A stretch of DNA of 64,000 nucleotides, taken from assembly GCA_002269645.1 (NCBI GenBank), contig NIVC01000010.1, positions 682,001 through 746,000 on the forward strand, read 5' to 3'. The stretch is from Macrostomum lignano. Lineage: Eukaryota. This document shows positions 20,096-31,804 of this stretch, piece by piece. The notes below the pieces were generated by a model, which was given only the letters and a program-made list of their open reading frames with translations, was not told the DNA's origin and did no database searches. Made by a program: the position numbers and the translations under genes. The stretch's first letter is position 1. Each line of letters begins with the position of its first letter.

Positions 20096-23000
20096 TTAGC
20101 CTAGGAAGGTCATCCTGGACCCGGCGTCCCGGACCGTAGGCCGGTGGTACTGCCTACCGCCTGGCCCGGCGTGGGCCTCTGGCCAGCACTGGTCGCAGAA
20201 ATAGCGCAGACAGGCTGGGCTGGCGCAGAACAGCGGGGCGCTGCGCAGATGGCAGCGGTCGCACGACTGATCGTCCAGTACGAACGGCTTCACTTCAACG
20301 CGCTTGTTGCCGTTGTTGGTACTGCTGCCGCTGCTGCTACTATTAGTAGTAGTAGGCGTAGCTCCGCAAGCGGCTTCAAAGCCGGCCAGTTGAACGAATC
20401 GAGCACTGACGGCGGCCACGTAGGAGCGCTGGCTGGCGAAAGCGACGCGACCGGCACCTTTGGGATAGCGCAGATCCGGGTCGGTGTCGATGCCGGCGTA
20501 GCAAACGCCGCCAAATAGGCGCTCCATGGCTACGGCCAGGTCGCGCGCGCGCAGAGGGCGCGGCACGCCGCCAACAAAGACAGTTTTGCGCGGATCCAAA
20601 GGCTGGCGAGAGTCCAGCACGAAGTCGGAGTCGGACAGTAGCCAGGGGCGGACTTGCACCTGTAGGCGTGGTTGATTGGGTGGGTGTTGGTAAGAATCTT
20701 TTCTTAGCAAACAGCGTTATAGGTTAAGCAAAGATGGTCGAGGTTAGTACCAGGGGCGTCGCCATGGATTTTATGGTGGTAGGACAAAGCCAAGAATTCG
20801 ACATGTACATGTACATGACTAAATTCGTACATTTCCGTTATTTTGAGAATCGTGTTGTCAGCGCTCATTTTAGCGCCGCAGGCACTCATTTTGGCGCCCT
20901 AAAGAAAAAAAATTCGATTATCTCAACGGGTCACAAGGTGGGGTGGAGGGGACAAAAGCATTGGCATGTCCCCCATAGCTTTTCTTGGGAGGACATGTCC
21001 CCCCTCTGCCCCCCCCCCCCGGTGGCCTTGCTCTGCAGACCTACAATATTAGGGTAGAAAGGGTCCCATAAAAGTCTTTTAGATCCAGCCACCACGGACT
21101 CCCCCTTGCAATAAACAAAACCAATAAATGATTAATTAGTTAGTCTTCAAAAAACGATACGAAATATAAGATGGAAAAAAATGCATCACAGAGGCTGATC
21201 GAGGTCAGTAGACTATTGGGGATGATTATCAAAAAATGAGTCAGAAAATGTGGCAGACTGGCACCACAGTCAATATTTACTGTTACAAGAAGAGAACAGA
21301 GCAGCGCATTACTCACCGGCTTGTCCTTGACAGTCGGTGACGAGACGCACCAGTAGAATTTGTCACCCTCGGCAATGCAGACGTCCATTAGTCGTTGAAC
21401 GCTTGGCTCGTCGTGAAATAGAATAAAACAGTAGCCTGCGAGACACGGAGGGTTAATGAATTTGATTTACATATACCGCGTTACCATTCGCTCAATACGG
21501 AAGTTACTGTGAATTAATTAGTAAACTTCCTGGGCGCACCGATGTAAACTAACGCTGAAAATCGATCCGATTTTTAAACAAAAGCAAATGAACAAGGGCC
21601 AAAGAAACTCGATAAGTTGTTGTTGGCGGCACTAAAGCCGAGGTCGGGGTCCTCTAAAACAAAACCAAGAAACAAGGATCGGAAAACTTTTTTGGCAGGG
21701 GAGAGACACAAGAGGGAATTTAAAAGAGAGAAATAAGAGGCGAGGGAATAAAGGAGAGGAGAGGAGACGGAGGGGAGGAGAGGAGAGGAGACGGAGGAGA
21801 GGAGAGGAGAGAAGACAGGAGAGAAGAGATGGGGAGAGGAGAGGAGAGAGGAGAGGAGAGAAGACAGGAGAGAAGAGAATAGGGGAGAGGAGTGGAGAGG
21901 AGAGGAGAGGGGAGAGGAGAGGAGAGAAGACAGGAGATAAGAGGGGAGAGGAGTGGAGTGGAGAGGAGAGCTGAGAAGAGACACAAAGCTTGAGCAGGCC
22001 GGATTGCTGTGGTAAAGTTTCAAAGGACCCGAGGGCCAGCCCGATGGACCCAAACACTCGAACAGGTAAAGATAATTAATTCCATTTACCTTTCGGAGGA
22101 AAATAAGCTTGGCTCTCCTGCTTGTGCGGCCAATCGACTGTCAGGCTGCCGAAACGACGAAACGCGCAGGCAATTTCCTCTGAAAGTTAAAAAGGAAGGG
22201 TGAAATGATTTATTAATTAATATGACGATTAGAAAAGTTGATTTACAGGATTTGTAAAAAACGCCCAGTTTCTACTAAACTGAAACGTGAGAAAAGCAGA
22301 GGCAGCCAAGGCCAGGGGACATGACCCCAGAATCTGAGGAGACAGGGTAGGGGCTGGGGAGGAGACGCCTCAGTCGAGTCATCTTTTTCTCTCCCTGACC
22401 CTGTCCGCTCTTCCCAGGGTTTGGCAGCGGCCAGTTGTAGCACCGCCCATTCCCTCGCTTCGCTCTTAGGCCTAAAAATAAGGCAGCCAGGACGATTCCT
22501 ATCCTCGGCGTGACCCCAGCCTGACCTGAGCTGGCTGGGGCAAAACCCGAGGAGGCAAAGCCTAGTTAGTGGAGAGGCTTCGGGGGCAGGGGTACGGAGA
22601 AAGGAGATTAGGGCCAGACGGACAGCTAGAAGCAGAGGGGGGAGAGAGACGAGAGAAAGACGAAAACAGTGAGTCACCGCCGGGGCAAAAGCCCCGATCC
22701 TCATCCCTCTCTGCCCTCTCTGTCAGCATTACTCATCGCTTTTTTGTTCGCGTGCCCACGCGCTCCAGCCAGGACCAGAGGGGAGACGACGAGAAGGGGG
22801 AACGAGGGGAGAACTGGGAAGAAACCTCGCGTGACCCCTTTTCCTGACTCAGCACAGTGCGGGACGGGGGAAGAGGGGAAGAAAGAGAAACGGGGAGAAA
22901 AACACAGTTTAGCACAACTTCTAGCGTGCAGAAGCACGCCATGCAGGCCCATAGGGAAGCGCAGTTCGGAATGCTTTAGTTAGATCCGATACAATACAAA

Positions 23001-26000
23001 CCCCTCAGCTAACATCCCAAGCCCAGTACTTCCTTTCCACGTAGCCTAGATTTATACACATAATAAACATAGTTATAAATAGTACCATATACTCGTAGTA
23101 ACATATACAGTAAAGTGTTGGCGCACGCGTAGGTGCGCATGAATGAGTCATTCTTTCTTTCCAGTTCTAAACCTTCTAGCCGCCTGCGCATGTGGCGTAT
23201 GTGTGCGCCAGGCTTAACTAACTCTTCTTAGTAGTTAAGTTTAGATTTCTGGGGCCGGGTTGCGGCGCAGATGGGGGCCAACAGCGGGGACACTGGGGCG
23301 CTGGGGGGGGGAGTCTCAAACAGGCGGTGGCACGAGCACGAGAGAGAGAGAGAGACAGAGAACCAAAAACCAACAAGGGAGGCCTCCATTCTCCAATTCA
23401 AGCTACCGATATGCTTATATAAATGAGGTATTACAATTATTATATAGAAAGACGCGTAACAGCTGCTTGCTATTGCCTTTAGCTTTCAGTTTTAGTCGCT
23501 GCGGTGCCTGAGCCAAGGAATTCTAAACCTAGCAAGTCTGGAATAGACACTCACAGAGAGGGAGGAAAAACCGATACCAAATAGGGCCGCCCGAAAAAGG
23601 CTCCTCCCTTGCTTCCCAACCGTTTTTTGAGCCTGCCTGCCTGGGCCGGCTTCATATCTGGGCCTGTCCATTGTCCAACTTCCCAAAATGTACAGGGGAA
23701 CCTAGACCCTACACATTGAAATGGTTAGTACGAACTGAGGAACGGAGGAACCGAAATCAAGCTGGCGCATGTTTCTGGTGTACGACCCCCCCATTAAGAC
23801 AGCACTAGCTGTCTTTACTGGGAAGGGCAGGAGAGTTTATGGGGGACCAAGCACTATGCCCATAGTACATCCATGTACGCTCACTTGACTCATCACTGAA
23901 TTACTAGGCCCCATAAGTTATGAAGAAGAGCCTCTTTATTGTAAGGGCAAAGGCAAGACACAGAAGACCACTTTGGAGCTGTCTAGAACCTGCGAAAAAA
24001 GCACCAAAATTTGACCATTAAATTGCAATGCCAAGCAAGTGTGCAGCCTTCGGTCGGTTGCAAATCAAGCAATGTCTCTACAACTACTTCGGCAGAAATT
24101 TCGTTTTAACACAAGTTTCCTATCAAAGCTGGAGTTTTGGCCAAATGGCTACGCGACCTGTCCCGAGAACCAACTTTTCAACCCACTCAGCATTCCTGAG
24201 TCTGCTCTCTGCATTTTGTCGAATCGGACTTCACCACCGACTATCAGGACTGCAATGCATCTCGGAAAAGGGCAAAGACAATGGAGCCGCTCGCACAAAA
24301 AGATGGCTCAAGGAGTATGCAGTCCCAACGCAGTTTCAGACCATGCCAGCCTACTTTACAAAAAATCCACCAGTCGTGAGGTCAAACAGAGCCACGTCAG
24401 TGCGGCGTCATAAAGCAAGCATTGCACAGCAGGAGAAGCGAGAGAAAGAATTTTTGCGGGTGAGACTCCCAGTACTCTCGACGATGTGGTAACTCGGTTT
24501 GCTACTGAACCTGCACCATCCGGATTCGCCATTTTTCAATCTGCTGGTTCAATTAATCTCATGCTGATTGATGGCACCTGGTCCACCCCAGACAGTCAAG
24601 AGCAGCATCATCGTGAACAATAGACTGGAAGTCGCTGTCTACCACGGCAAGCAAGTTGTGTCACCGAAGCAATACGTTCGCATCATTTCGCCGGAGAGCG
24701 CTTTTCTAAGCTCCTCTTCTCAGCTGACGAATCTCATTGCATTTGTTAAGAATGCTGTGGAATCAGACAGTCTTGCTCCGGATCACAAGCAAGCAGCTCT
24801 TGAAGAGTCTGGAGCTTCTCCACCAGCAAGACCACGTGTCTAATGCAGACTCAACTTGCCTCACTTTCTTGATTGAGCAGCTGAAATTGCTGGATGTGGA
24901 CAAGCATGGTCGGCGATATTCACCAAAACTGCTGGTATTCTCCAATATTCTATTCTCCGTGAGTTCAGCTGCTTATCAGCGTGTTCTGGAGACAAATTCC
25001 TTAGCTCTACCTTCAATCATTCAATCAAAACGCAGAGGCTTGTGACGCGGAGGATGGACTCGACTACAGGACTGGGCAACTGCGAATATCTAAAGCTGCG
25101 CTACGACACACTTCACGCCTATGAGACCAACGTAAATCCGGCTGATTGATGAGATTTATCCCAGCAAGCGGGTCGAGATGAGCGGTGGAGAATTGCATGG
25201 TCTCACAGAAGCCGGAAATGTTGCCCAGACTGCTCTGTGCTTCATTTTAAAATCGGCAATGACAAAGTACCGCGACTTGGTCGGAATTTTCCCAATGAGC
25301 AACCTGAAGGCTGAGACACTGCATAAGTGCTACCTGAAAGTCATGCCGATGCTGCAAAACATTGGATACAACGTCGTGGCCATATGCGTTGACAATGCGG
25401 CGGCCTTCTTATTGTAATCCCAATCAATTTTTGAAACTTTACTATTATGCGCTGCCATCTTTGGTTTATTGCATGTTACAAAAAGCCTTTTCGTATGAAT
25501 CGTGTAAATCGAGATAAATAATATATATAAAAAATCGACTGCAATGAAACATAAATCTGCGTCGTTTTTGCGAGTCGAGCAGAATAGTTCTAATATTAAT
25601 AATGATTTGCTTTCAATTTTATTTGTAGCATTAGTTATTACTAGAGTTATTACTAGCAATACTATTGGAATATAATTGTTCAATAATTTTGTTATTTGCA
25701 TGCTCATGCCCAAGAAATACGCATGATTCACTCGCTGGCCGAATGGGTGCAGTGGAACAGTCGGCCCTATTTGGTATTCAGCCAATTAGAGTGTCCATTC
25801 CAGACTTGCTAGGTTTAGAATTCCTTGCCTGAGCACGCGCACGGCACTACACATATAAGACAGGACTAATATAGCGCAGACAAGCACTCAAGCGAAGAAG
25901 AGTTATAAAAGCTGAGTAACACATGTGCGCGTGGGAGGCCCCGTGAATCATTAACAGCAACAGCTTTAATACAATAAAAGGCAGAAGCTAAACACGGACG

Positions 26001-27361
26001 GGCCTAGGAAATTTCCCGGGGAGGGGGGTCAACTGACCCCATGACCCTCTCTCCCTGGGTTCAAACTTAAGTGCAGCCCCGTCAAATAAATTTACTGCTG
26101 TCCTGTGCTTTAGTTAATCCGACACGGCAGGGAGGGATTAGGGTAGGGGTAAAGGTTGATTCATTTGCTCACTCATAAATGTGGGGCGCTTTGAGAAGCG
26201 GATGTGGTGGCCGGCTAATTTTAAATCAGCTGAGGGCACCCGGTTATCTATGAAATCGTTGAACTTAAAATTATGCTATACTCGAGTAATAAGTCTAACT
26301 AAAACGTTTTAAAAGTAGTAGCAGGATGAATGATGACTTGTACTAAAAATAAACTGCTTTAATCAACATTCAGCCATCAGTTAGCAATAAGTAAAGTCAC
26401 TTGACTTATATAGTTTAAACTAATAGCAGGGCTTCCGCGTCCGGGGTTATCTAAGCTTGTTGGAGTAAAGTCTAGCATGGAATCATAGTGACTAATATTT
26501 GATATCTGGGCCTGATGATGAATCATACCGTAATAATAATATTAGTTGCAAATGACTGGACACATATTTTAGGGTCTACAAACAGATAAGTATAGTATAG
26601 AGCAGGATACAATATAACAAAGACCTAAGCTAGAGCTAGAGGGTCGTGATGGGGTTATACGATTTCGTTAACAAGCCGAATTTGAGGCCAATTCATTGTC
26701 AAAATAAGCTCTCACCTTCGTCAACATCCGGCGGCAGGCCGCCAACAAAGACTTTGCGGCTGTACAACTCGCGCTCAGCTCCGCTAGACGGCGCAATTCC
26801 GCCTGTGGCCATGACATCGCCTAGGCAGCTGCGCAGACTCTGCAACGGGTCGCCTAGGGCCCAGGGATCGGCGCTTAGCTGGCGTTGGGCAATGATCGGC
26901 TGCCGAATCTGGTGCTGGCCAGCTTGGCGCTGCTGATACTGCGGCTGCTGCTTATGCTGCTGCTGCTGCTGCGAGCACCAGTCACTTGTTGGCGGCCACG
27001 ACGCCTGCTTAGAAACTTGATGCGGCTTCATTGGACTAGATGTGGCACAATTGGAAAACAGTTGCCAAACATTGTCACTGTCAAAAGTTGATGCCGCTGG
27101 CTGGCTTTTAACTTGAACTTGTTGTGGCTGCTGCTGAGGTTGCTGTTGCTGTTGAATCTGAAGCTGCTGAAGCTGATGCTGCAGAGCATCCTTGGCAGCT
27201 AGGTCTTCTAGCGATGAGATGCTACTAGCACCATCAAAAAAGCCAGAGCTATTGGCTGAGTCAGCTGAGCAGTCAAGACTGCTGAGAACACTCTCAAGAA
27301 GGTAAGCACCACTGTCAGCTGAGACAGACAGTGGGTCAAAGCTAGTTGACTGGGCATTCAT
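20096..27361 (-). CDS. CPEB: Cytoplasmic polyadenylation element-binding protein, CPEB2/3/4 (Orb2) subfamily; complement join(27361..26716,22179..22090,21435..21317,20659..20096), ~472 aa (5' end may extend upstream)
   Basis: Q-rich N-terminus; RRM1 YSRKVFVGGLPPDVDE|EEIACAFRRFGSLTVDWPHKQESQAYFPPK|GYCFILFHDEPSVQRLMDVCIAEGDKFYWCVSSPTVKDKP|VQVRPW; RRM2 KTVFVGGVPRPL...YAGIDTDP..YPKGAGRVAF; ZZ finger C..C..C..C..C..C..H..H. All three introns are GT-AG and phases close. Confidence 0.95.
20751..21030 (+). mobile_element. Probable hAT-like MITE remnant in CPEB intron 3
   Basis: Begins CAGGGGCGTCGCC and ends in GGGGACA...TGTCCCCC...CCCCCCCCGGTGGC; the right terminus is incomplete. Confidence 0.35.
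21745..21980 (-). repeat. (GGAGA)-type purine array on +, i.e. CT-rich in the CPEB sense strand, in CPEB intron 2
   Basis: Direct reading. Confidence 0.9.
23514..25827 (+). mobile_element. P-element superfamily (THAP-transposase) DNA transposon, internally deleted and inactivated, in CPEB intron 1
   Basis: Perfect 31-bp TIR CAAGGAATTCTAAACCTAGCAAGTCTGGAAT (23514-23544 / 25797-25827); 7-bp TSD CCTGAGC (23507-23513 / 25828-25834); 16-bp subterminal inverted repeat; disrupted THAP domain from ATG 24028 (MPSKCAAFGC..HKFP..KW..VCSLHF); transposase fragments LIDEIY.SKRVE.SGG and VVAICVDNAA. Confidence 0.9.
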
Positions 27362-29199
27362 AGTTAATAACAGAGCATGAAGATAAAGAAAAGCAAAATG
27401 ATTTAAAATAAAAACAAAGAATATATAAAAGAAATTTTCAAAGCAACATTTGATTAATTATATAAAAAACTTTCCTACAAACCTTTTTGCCTTAGCTCTA
27501 TCAAAATAGCTAAAAAAGCCTTGATAATAATTAATCTTTAATTATAATTTAATTTAACTACTAGTTAAAGCCTATAAAGAATAGTCCATATTAATGCCAA
27601 CAATGCCTAAGATGGATAGACTTACTACTAGTTATTCTATATGGCTGACTATGACTGTGGCTAGTAAGGATCTTAGATCCTAAACCTGGATTTTTATATT
27701 AGATTTATAAAGAATTTACAATTATAGATTTAATTTATATAAGTAAAATAACAAATTTATTTATTCCCAAACATAATACAAATATTAAATTAGGGGCATA
27801 GCCTAAATTTGGCAAAAACAAGTAAACAACAAAGCATAATCAATGACAATAAAGAGGCTTTAGGCCTATTTAAGTTCAAAATTAGGGTAAAAAGTAACCT
27901 AAAGGCTAAACTGACTTTACATAATTGAAATAAGAATCAGCGATAAGGTATTTGTATATGGCTTAAGCAATAGCCAATAGGCATAAAATGCAAATTCATA
28001 ACCACAAGTCCAGGACTCCAGGTCTATATAATAGATAATGTAATGCAATGGGCTTTCATTTGAGTTCTTTGATTTTTACTTAAAGGTTTTGAATCAACTT
28101 ATAATAGTACTAGAGAGAGTCACCGCCACTAATATAGTAAAAAATAATTGCGAAAATTGCCATTAGTTACATGATAACAACACAACTATACAATTACAAG
28201 TCTGTCTTTACGACTTAAGTACAGTAGAGCAGAATTCGAAATCGTATCTGAGAATGAATATAAAGAGTTATACCCTGCGCTGGTTGTCCCAGGCCCCAGC
28301 CGAGAACCAAGATGAAAAGCAGTCTCAGACCGTGGAGGCATCGAGCTCGATCGATCCAATTGCGAACGTTCCGCGGAGCAAACAGCTGGCTTTAAATATC
28401 CCGAATTCTTTATTAATAAAGAATAACAAAGTACAACTAGGTGACATTTTGAATATAGTTTTAAAAATTACTTAACTACCAAAAAGGAATATGCATTTTT
28501 ATTTTAAATATATTTAATTGGAAGAAAAGCTTATAAAATAAAGCAGTACAAATTATCTCGGCATTGCCAAGAGCCTTTTAATGCCTTTCAATAGACCCTC
28601 AATGCGCTCTCCCGATGTAGCACAACGTAGGCATATACGGCATCGTTTCTGTCAAGACAAATGCTCACCTAATAAAGTTGTACTAAATGCGTTATTTCTT
28701 GTTCATTTTTTCACACCATTTCAAGGACAACTTAAGTAAAAGGACGCAACACTCGAAATCAATGGTAAATGTTTTAAAGGCAACTTTTCGCCGAAAAAGA
28801 CACAACAGATTTAGGAGGTTTTAATTTTTCAGCACAAAAATTGTTATTGCTTTTGATAGGAGGCAGATCCAGTGTTCATCTTTTGAAATGTTGTGCCTTT
28901 CTTATTGCTCTATCGATATTCATAGAGCTTTTTGTTCAGAACTAGTTTTAAAGGCACCGGAAAAAATACACTACGGAGATAAGAAATTTCACGATTTTCA
29001 ACACTAAAACAGTGATTGGGTCTCTTAACAGTATCAGAGAAAGTTCTAATCACACAACTTGTGCCTCACATGCTGCTCTAAAAACGACGCATTAATCGAT
29101 TTTTCATGTTGAATTGGTCTTGTCATTATTTTAAACGTTTTTTCCAATAAGACCAATTACATGTAATAAGACCTGGGGCGTCAGCCAGCAGGCAATCGA

Positions 29200-29335
29200 C
29201 GAAACGCCAAGTGCGCGCCTGCCCCCGCCGGTAGGGTGTCTGCAACGTTAGCAGCAGCACGTCCTACACCGGCTGTGGGCAGTACGACTCGGCGCGGATG
29301 ATGTGGCCTGCCAACTGGAGTCGCCGACGGCGTAT
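29200..29335 (-). mobile_element. Short 3' fragment of a non-LTR retrotransposon (same family as 43670-45480)
   Basis: Near-identical to 43673-43788 (GCCTGCCCCC.CCGGTAG...GGCGCGGATGATGTGGCCTGCCA.CTGGAGTCGCCGACGGCG). Confidence 0.85.
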
Positions 29336-29626
29336 AAGGAATAATCTAAAGTTAGTGAAGATGATAGGCTAAAGATGATAGGCTAAAAGCAATTATAATT
29401 TATCTAAAATACTACTAGATCTAGAAGTATATGTATGTATACAATGAATTGCAATCTAGAGGAATGTTTGCAGTGCTTTTGGTGTTTAATCTATAGAATA
29501 ATTTATAAGAAAGTTTAGCAAGCGGATTCGATATCGTCAGCAAAATTGGGAACGCTAAATTTAAGAAGGCAAGCTGTGCAAGCACATGTATTCTCCTTGG
29601 CTATCTAACTGACTATGAAATAGTAC

Positions 29627-31790
29627 ATGAGGGGAGGCCCCTTGCACTCGAAGAACAGGTGGGAGGGGAGGGGTCAGCGCAAGCGCCTGCAAGCCAGCGT
29701 TGAGGCAGTCAGTGCAGTCAGAGTGGCAGTGCGGGCCGGGCCCCGGCGTAGTTGCTCGGTCAGCCGGTGCAGCATGGCCAGGGCCAGAGGGACGGGCGCA
29801 CCGCGGCCCAGGGTCCGTAGGCAGTGGCCCAGCAGCATCTGACGGCGCTGGCGCAGGGTAGCGCTCAGGGGCGGAGCTCGATCCATCGCGGGCGATCCAG
29901 AGCGTGGGTCGGCAGGCGCTCCGGGTAGTGCACGCCCAAGCGCGTAGCGCAGCAGCGATCGGTAGAGCGCATCCAGGGCTCGCTCTCGCATCTCGGTCAG
30001 CGGCACAGCCTCCATGCCGTACAGGAGGATCGGCTCTACGGCCGCGCGGAACAGGCGCACCTTCAGGCTGTCTCTGGCAGCTGAATTGAATATGTTCCTC
30101 TAGAGGCGCGTGGAGCCCCAGGCCTGATTTCTCCTGTTGGAGACAATCGCATCAGGGTTCATCCCCAGGGCGCCGAGGTAGTGGATGTCCTCGCACAACG
30201 CGATGCGGTCTCCATTGGACAGCGTGAGAGTTGGGGCGGTATTCGTGCCCACGTGCAGCGCCTCCGTCTTGCGAGCATTCACCAGCAGCCCAACACAGGC
30301 GCCTTCATCGCAAAGCCTTGTGAGAGCGCGCTGGGCAGCAGCTGGATCGCGGCAGATCGTCGTTAGCATACACGCCAAGCGAAACAGCAGGGTGTCTGGA
30401 GCATCGGCGTGAGACCAGCAAGTAGCTGTCATCCTCGTGGAGGGACCGGCGAAGCACGTAGTCCACAACCACGAGGAAGAGCATGTCGCCCTGAAGGACG
30501 CCTGAGCTGGTGCCGAACTCTTCTGTGGGGCCGTCGCTCGACATGTACAAAAGCCCAGGAGTCGCGGTAGATGTCCATCACCGAGCTCACCAGAGCAGCA
30601 GGTACGCCATAATGAGATAGAAGCCACGCGATAGCAGGCCTGGACACCGAGTCAAACGCCTTGCGAAAGTCGACAAAGATGATTGACACGGAGTGCTGGC
30701 GGGTCTTGCAGGCCTCGATGACAGAGCGGATGGTGGCAACCTGCTCGGTAGTGGACCTGCCCGGGCGGAAGCCGCTTTGGAGGCTCAGCAGCAGCGGGTT
30801 GAGGTCAGGCAGGGATTGTCTGGGGTGGAGGCGCCTTTCTTCCGGATGGAGACAATCTTGAAGGTGCGCCATTGCTGAGGAGCTGAGGCAGCCTTGTTGC
30901 TGATGATTGAGGGGATTGGCAGAAGAGGTGCAGTTGAAGGCCCAGCAGGGCCTTGCGGTGAAATCAGCGCCGACGATGGTGTTGGCCTGGGCTTCCTACC
31001 AGTCAGCTGGTAGGACTATGGCGGCAGTTGTCAGTGGCGAGTTAGATTTTACTCACAGCCTCTTCGATGAAGACTTTATTCAGTCCGCTGGGAGTAAATG
31101 CGCGGCAATTGCTCGTCCCTGGCAGCACTGGCCTGGCCGCTGTCATGGCTGTGGAGTGCAGCAGTGCTCTGCACATGCTGCCTTGCCTGGGAGATAATGA
31201 GATCGAGGTCCCACAGGGCCTTTGGATGGTTTGCCTTTCTCTGTGGGAGACGTGCTGCAGCATCCTCGACGGCGTGATGGAAAGACTCGAAGGACCCGGC
31301 TGGAGCAGGAGTAGCTGTGTAGGAAGGCCTGCCGCGTGTCCGGGTTTCTCAGGTCGGCCCAGAGCGGGTGAGGTGGCTGAGGCAGCCTTGAATTGCCAGC
31401 TTAGGCCCAGATCCACAGTCTTGTCAGAGTTCTGCCGCCGATGTTCTTGAACTGCCAGGATAAAGATGTTGAGGTCGGCCGCCAGGCTTGTCAGCTCCTG
31501 CAGTCTCCATGTCTGACTGTGAATCCGGGCATTGAAGGTGGCGACCCGAATCTGGTTTTGAAGATGCGGCCGACTTGTCTCCTTCTTGACTCTGCTATAG
31601 TGCGTGCATTGCGGGGGCCGAGTTGGGTGGGAGCACTGGCCCTCGAGGCTCCGGCTTCGCAGGCCGCGAGTCCTAGTGGGTCCGACGAGCATTGGCGCGG
31701 AGCTCTTTGCGCCGCGCATTCAAGGGCTGTCGGCGGCGCGTTGGCACCTGGCTGATGCTCTTGCCGGAGGTGATCGACGTACTCTATCTC
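29627..31790 (-). mobile_element. Degenerate, internally deleted RTE-like LINE (AP endonuclease + reverse transcriptase fragments)
   Basis: EN: IRVATFNAR...ILAVQEHR. RT: GFRPGRSTTEQV, IIFVDFRKAFDSVSR, SGVLQGD, YANDD, GLLVNARKTE. C-terminus RLFRAAVEPILLYGMEA...RRQMLLGHCLR. Multiple frameshifts. Confidence 0.88.
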
Positions 31791-31804
31791 TATTACGACG
31801 ACGT

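Noticed and set aside
22243-23500. Nested gene or LTR in CPEB intron 1 (several 60-150-aa ORFs)
   Set aside because: No recognisable domains, no paired termini and no consistent splice structure.
28228-28297. CPEB3-type HDV-like ribozyme upstream of CPEB exon (minus strand GGGGCC...GCAGGGT...CGAATTCTGCT resembles the ends of the mammalian CPEB3 ribozyme)
   Set aside because: A P2 helix can be drawn, but no P1 3' strand (GCCCC) or convincing P3/P1.1 exists. An 11-nt match is compatible with chance. An RNArobo/Infernal HDV search would settle it.
31560-31790. HDV-like ribozyme in the LINE 5' region
   Set aside because: Complementary segments exist (CACCT/AGGTG, GAGCAT/ATGCTC), but the spacing leaves no room for P3/L3.
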